This document shows, piece after piece, positions 59,628 to 64,000 of a stretch of DNA of 64,000 nucleotides (positions are counted from its first letter, which is position 1; every line of letters begins with the position of its first letter). The notes beneath the pieces are model-generated. The model worked only from the letters and a program-made list of their open reading frames with translations, did not search any database and was not told where the DNA came from. The stretch covers positions 62,001-126,000 of the forward strand of contig CP145422.1 of NCBI GenBank assembly GCA_036867785.1, in the 5' to 3' direction. Both the position numbers and the translations under genes were made by a program. This DNA comes from Plasmodiophora brassicae (taxonomy: Eukaryota).

Positions 59628-60314
59628 CTACGTGTCGGTATCCACCTTGCAGTAGCCACCCAGGCCAATGCTGGTCTCGTCGGTCGTCACGCGGTGCATC
59701 CAGTACGGCGGGAAGAACAGGAAATCCCCGGCCGCGATTGTCACCTGACGAATGGCACCCGCAGGCGCACGCTCCCGTAGAGCGCCAATCGGCACGTCCA
59801 GCAGCCTGCCGTCGTTAGCGTCCGGGTCCAGAAGTAGGTCGCGGCAGGCGGGATCCACCAGCACCCAACGCTTGCGCCCACCTGCTAGGTACATCCATCC
59901 GGCACCGGCTCCAGGCGGATCGAAATGCAACGCCGTATAGGCGCCCGCAGGTGTCAGCACAGGCGACACCATGCCCCCATTCAGCATACGCAAGGTATCC
60001 AATGGCAAATGCCTGTGCAACGACGGCACGTCGACGTCGACGACGTTCAGGTCGAGGGTCCCCTCCCGCAACCGACGGACGACCTCGTCGGATCGTGAAT
60101 AGACGGGCTTCCCGGAACGGTCGTACCCGAACACCTGCGTCCTGCAACTGAGAAGCACATCCAGGATGCGATCCGGTGCGGCGAGCCCGGCGAACTCGAC
60201 AGCGTCCGCCCGGGATACAACAAATGGCTCCCGCGGTGGATGCGCGAGGCCGTCTGCGATGCGTTCGTACCGTCGAACGCTGGCGGTCATCGTCGATTGT
60301 GGCGGCGGCGTCAT
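59628..60314 (-). CDS. JmjC/cupin Fe(II)-2OG oxygenase
   Basis: TALHFD (HxD), GRKRWVLV, GDFLFFPPYWMHRV (distal His). Confidence 0.85.
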   Translation of the reverse strand: MTPPPQSTMTASVRRYERIADGLAHPPREPFVVSRADAVEFAGLAAPDRILDVLLSCRTQVFGYDRSGKPVYSRSDEVVRRLREGTLDLNVVDVDVPSLHRHLPLDTLRMLNGGMVSPVLTPAGAYTALHFDPPGAGAGWMYLAGGRKRWVLVDPACRDLLLDPDANDGRLLDVPIGALRERAPAGAIRQVTIAAGDFLFFPPYWMHRVTTDETSIGLGGYCKVDTDT

Positions 60315-60392
60315 TCCAGACCATGGTGGTGTCCAGAACGCGTACGAGGACTCGAAAGGGGGAACCGGATCAGAGCTACTCGTCGTTTCATT

Positions 60393-60989
60393 CTAGATGA
60401 TTTCCTGCATCTTGAGGACCTGGTTGTACGTAACGTGTGACTTGGCCATCAGCGACTCCGTCGTCGTCTTCCGGATGAACCCGGGGCCGACCTCGACCAG
60501 GTCGCCTTGGGCGACTTTCCAGCCCTGGCGCTCGCAGACCGCTCGGCAGTCGTCAGTGTCCAGCAGCACTTTCAGGTTCGCCAGGCGGATCGTCGAGAAC
60601 GTGGCGCCGATCTGCGCGGCAATGTACGCGCGCATGCGCTCGACAAAGTTCACGCCGGCGTGCCGCTCGAACAGCGCGCTGTGATGGTGGACCAGGTCCC
60701 ACATCGACGCGAACCGCCCGGACTGGACCATGTCGCCGATCGCGAGGCACGCCTGCACGTCGGGCGTGCGCACGAGGTGGATCGGGATCAGCAGCGCGCA
60801 GGACGTGTAATGGGTCGGCGGGTCCACCTGCGGCATGGCCGACAGCAGCAGCGAGACGACGACATCGGCGTCCGCCCGCTTCGGGTACAGGCCGTACAAC
60901 CGCAGCAGGTACAGCTGGTCCGCGCACGACGCCGAGGTCGCTGTCTTCGTCAGCGCGTCGATCGCCGCCTCGTCGTAGACAGTCGTCAT
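60393..60989 (-). CDS. EIF3K: Translation initiation factor eIF3 subunit K (PCI-like)
   Basis: LYLLRLYGLYP, LLSAM....TSCALLI, GRFASMW, FVERMRAYIA..IGATFSTI, GW. Confidence 0.75.
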   Translation of the reverse strand: MTTVYDEAAIDALTKTATSASCADQLYLLRLYGLYPKRADADVVVSLLLSAMPQVDPPTHYTSCALLIPIHLVRTPDVQACLAIGDMVQSGRFASMWDLVHHHSALFERHAGVNFVERMRAYIAAQIGATFSTIRLANLKVLLDTDDCRAVCERQGWKVAQGDLVEVGPGFIRKTTTESLMAKSHVTYNQVLKMQEII

Positions 60990-61028
60990 CGCTTTCGAAC
61001 GCCGTCACGGAGTCCGCCGCGGACCACG

Positions 61029-61791
61029 ATGCCCAGCGATGGCGATGGCGCCGGGCACCTGTTCGGCAACTTCCGCAAGTACTATGCGTTTCATCCGCCG
61101 GCGGAACGCACGCGGTTGCTGGAGGGCAACGGCGCGTACAACGCGTTCCTGTCGTGCAGGGCGCCCCCGATGGTCCTGGCGGACCTCGGTTGCAATTCGG
61201 GGGATCTGAGCGTGGAGGTCTGGCGGCACGCCGGCCGCTTCGTCGGCCCGTGTCACATGATCGCAGTCGACCTTGATCCAGGTGTGTTGATGTTCGCGTT
61301 ATGGCCTAGTATTCTCCAATTCTGTGCGTGTAGACCTGGTCGATCGTGCTGCCGAAGCGCACGCCAACGAACACGTTCGGTTCGTGGCCGCTGATGTGTG
61401 TTCGCCCGATTGCCGGGCGATTCTCGATGCGTTCCTACGCGACCATGGCCGCGTCCGCTTCGACGTCCTGTGTCTGTTCAGTATGACGATGTGGATCCAT
61501 ATGACGTTCGGCGACGACGCACTGGTCGACTTCCTGCGTTATTGCACGACGATTGCCGACGGTATCGTCGTCGAGCCGCAGACGTGGAAGTCGTACCAAG
61601 CCTGTCGAGAACGTTGTCGACGCCGTAAGCTGCCGCAGCCTGCACAACTGGCCAGCATCAGGCTGCGCCAGGACGCTCTGCTGGCGGCGATCGACGCCGT
61701 CTTGACCGAGAGTGGCGCGTTTGTCGGCCACGTGGTGGGCGTCACGAATTGGGGCCGCACCATAACCTTCTATGCCAGAAGGCACGGGTAA
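61029..61791 (+). CDS. BCDIN3D: Bin3-family SAM-dependent RNA methyltransferase (BCDIN3D-like), one intron
   Basis: FGNFRKYYAFHP, DLGCNSGDLS, FSMTMWIHMTFGD, VEPQTWKSY. Confidence 0.85.
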
Positions 61792-61919
61792 GTTGCGGAC
61801 GATATACATTCATCTATTATACTGGAGCACTGTCAGCGTCAGCGGCGGGGGGCTGCTGGGACAGACGGGCCGTTGCGATCTGCGCTTGAGATTCTCAGAC
61901 GGCGCCGCAGATATCTTGC

Positions 61920-62750
61920 ATGGGTTGTGGCCAATCGTCTGCGGCTACTGTATCGCCTGACGATGGGCGTAAGAACGCCGAGGTGGCATTCCAGGAGTTA
62001 TCCCCGGCAACGCGTGCCGATCAGCACGCGGACGAACTGGCACCGACGGGACAGGTCGCTACGCCCGAGGCTCCTCCAAGGTCAACGGTGACGCCCATCG
62101 AGAACGCGGCAGCAGCCGAAACGTGTAAACCGACGGATCCGGAACCGCCCGCCCAGAACGCGTTTGTTGATGTAAGCGCGCGTCATCCACAGACGCGTGG
62201 CGAACGTCTGACCCGTTACGTCGGGATAGCCGGAAGACAGCGCAGACCTGCCCGCGATCGATCTGCAAGCGGGTCTCGCTCAGGTCGGCGGCGATCGGGC
62301 GTTCCTGATGGTCCTCATCGACGATCTCCTCAGTGAACGCCGTCACCGAGTCGAGGCCATGCAGGTGTGCATAACACGCAATGACCTGAAGGTACTGGAT
62401 CGGCATGGCGTTGAATCGTGCGTCCGCATGGTGATACTGTCGCGCGTCCCGCTCAGCACTGGGCGGTCGTTGCCGACGCGTTGAACTCGTCGGCCATGGC
62501 TATCGGTCTGGCGTCTCTGGCACGTACTGCTCGAGTCATGCAACGATACGCGGTCGCGTTCGAAGCGGGGTCGACGACAGATCCTGTACGCCAATGGCAC
62601 GCTGATCCAACCTGATGACACCGTCTAATGACCTGACGCCATGCACAACAACAGGTGGAGACAAAGGGCAGGTCGCTGTGTTCCAGGCTGGAAGCCGAAT
62701 ACGACCTCGTGAACAAGGCGTTAGCCAAGTTGTCGTCGCCACCGCAATGA
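61920..62750 (+). CDS. Putatively N-acylated pseudo-Hpt (histidine phosphotransfer-fold) protein
   Basis: Exons 61920-62171, 62230-62391, 62457-62585, 62655-62750, all phase 0. MGCGQS N-terminus; IDLQAGLAQVGGDRAFLMVLI...ADALNSSAMAIGL..L...A..MQ...LEAEYDLVNKAL. Confidence 0.75.
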
Positions 62751-62953
62751 ACGGGCACGTTTCACACGGGGACCTCATGGACAGATGAATCATGTCAAAG
62801 CCGGTGCAGGGATCACCAGGGGCTCGTCCCCGCCTCCACCACGTTCGGATTGCATATCGTGTCCCGTCCTGCGTCCGGGGGATCCGCTCGATGGCCAGAA
62901 GAGAAGATATTTTCAGATGAAATCTAACGCCACCCCTTGATCGGTTACCGTCA

Positions 62954-63208
62954 GTGGCCATGTCGACGCCCGCACGGTTCACGGCGCTGGACAACGGCTG
63001 GAATGGCGCGACAGCATGGTTCCAGGCCCACCAGCTGGCTACTATCGCGGTCGGCGTTGCTCTTGTCGTTATCATCGTTGCGGTGGTGGTCGCGCTGGTG
63101 AGATGCCTCAGAAAGAGGCGCAATGAGAGACGCGCGTTCCAGGTCGTGCGGAAAACGGCAGCAGCCCTCCACAGCCATCATAGCAGAGCGGGACCTCGGA
63201 TGGCCTGA
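62954..63208 (+). CDS. Small single-pass membrane protein
   Basis: One TM helix IAVGVALVVIIVAVVVALV followed by a basic stop-transfer segment RCLRKRR. Confidence 0.55.
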   Translation: MAMSTPARFTALDNGWNGATAWFQAHQLATIAVGVALVVIIVAVVVALVRCLRKRRNERRAFQVVRKTAAALHSHHSRAGPRMA

Positions 63209-63300
63209 CAGGTGGCGCTACGCCACACCCCGACGTCGCACAGCGGAGGATCCAGGCCAAGGACGATGGCGACCACACCAGGGAGGGAATTAACAGTATA

Positions 63301-64000
63301 TCATTCGCTACTGCCCAGCGACGACACGAGGACCCCGATGACTAGCGGCACGATGACATACCTGGGAGGGTGCGAGAGCCCGATTCAGTACACAGACGCG
63401 AGTAGCGGGGCGCTGCGACACGATTACCAGTACTTGCGGAAGAAGCTCTGCTGCTCAGGGACAGCTTCGGGTTCTTTGTAGACCGACTCCAGATTGAGGG
63501 GGACGGGACCCTCCTTCGGCGTGCCGACATAGGTCGACGTTTTGAACTTGACGCTCGAGGGCGGCGCCGGACACGTTCCGTTGAGCGGCGCCTGGACCGG
63601 TGTCGAGTACTTGACGTGAAAGATGCTGCCCGACGACGTGCTCTGGAACACGAGCACGTCGCTGAAGCCGGACATTAGCAGGGAGCACTGCCACATGTGG
63701 GCACTGTTAGTAACCGCGAATCGCTGTGCGGGAAACACCCCATTCTACCGCATCGACGGACGCCACGATGCACTGGGACGGGTCGGCGTCGGTACCGTCG
63801 GGCACCAGCCGGATCGTATACAAGTCCCGACCGGCAACCAAACCCCGGAAGTCCTTCGACGACGCAGCGCCCGACCCCGATACGTCAACCGATATCGGGG
63901 CGGATCGCGCTGAGCGCGCCCGCACCGTCTTGACATTGACCCTGCGATTCCACGCCGCCTCAGTATACCCGATGGCCCCATCGCCCCCCGCCGACCCCAC
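63301..64000 (-). CDS. EMC10: ER membrane protein complex subunit 10 (5' partial, spliced)
   Basis: YTIRL..IVASV.ACSL..SGFSD, EGPVP, EQQSFFRKYWYVIVP + TM helix. Confidence 0.8.

Overview
This is eukaryotic, GC-rich, very gene-dense DNA with many short (~50-70 nt) GT-AG introns. The compact intron style, secreted ankyrin/LRR proteins and expanded 7TM receptors resemble a phytomyxid protist such as Plasmodiophora brassicae (inference, not verified). Most of the window is housekeeping genes: RAD17, primase large subunit, UAP56, COG1, eIF3k, EMC10, cyclophilin, Pet127, a mitochondrial carrier, a USP, BCDIN3D and EEF1AKMT1. The accessory elements are: (i) three tandem PA-domain-like + 7TM receptor genes interrupted by an intronless Crinkler/RHS(CR)-type SAM-SAM-NTPase-REase-HeH gene; (ii) two dispersed, apparently mitochondrion-targeted, catalytically degenerate REase-like paralogs; (iii) a bacterial-looking intronless NmrA gene; (iv) a lipid-anchored pseudo-Hpt with His replaced by Asp; (v) a one-LRR-per-exon secreted protein; (vi) a 54.3-60.3 kb transposon cluster. 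That cluster holds a MITE-like foldback, a deleted hAT element with TIRs and a TSD, a 32-bp minisatellite, a pogo transposase fragment folded into a ~384-bp-arm hairpin, and a Crypton-type tyrosine recombinase in frame with a JmjC ORF across one stop codon. All domain calls come from motif recognition by eye. Spliced gene boundaries are approximate.
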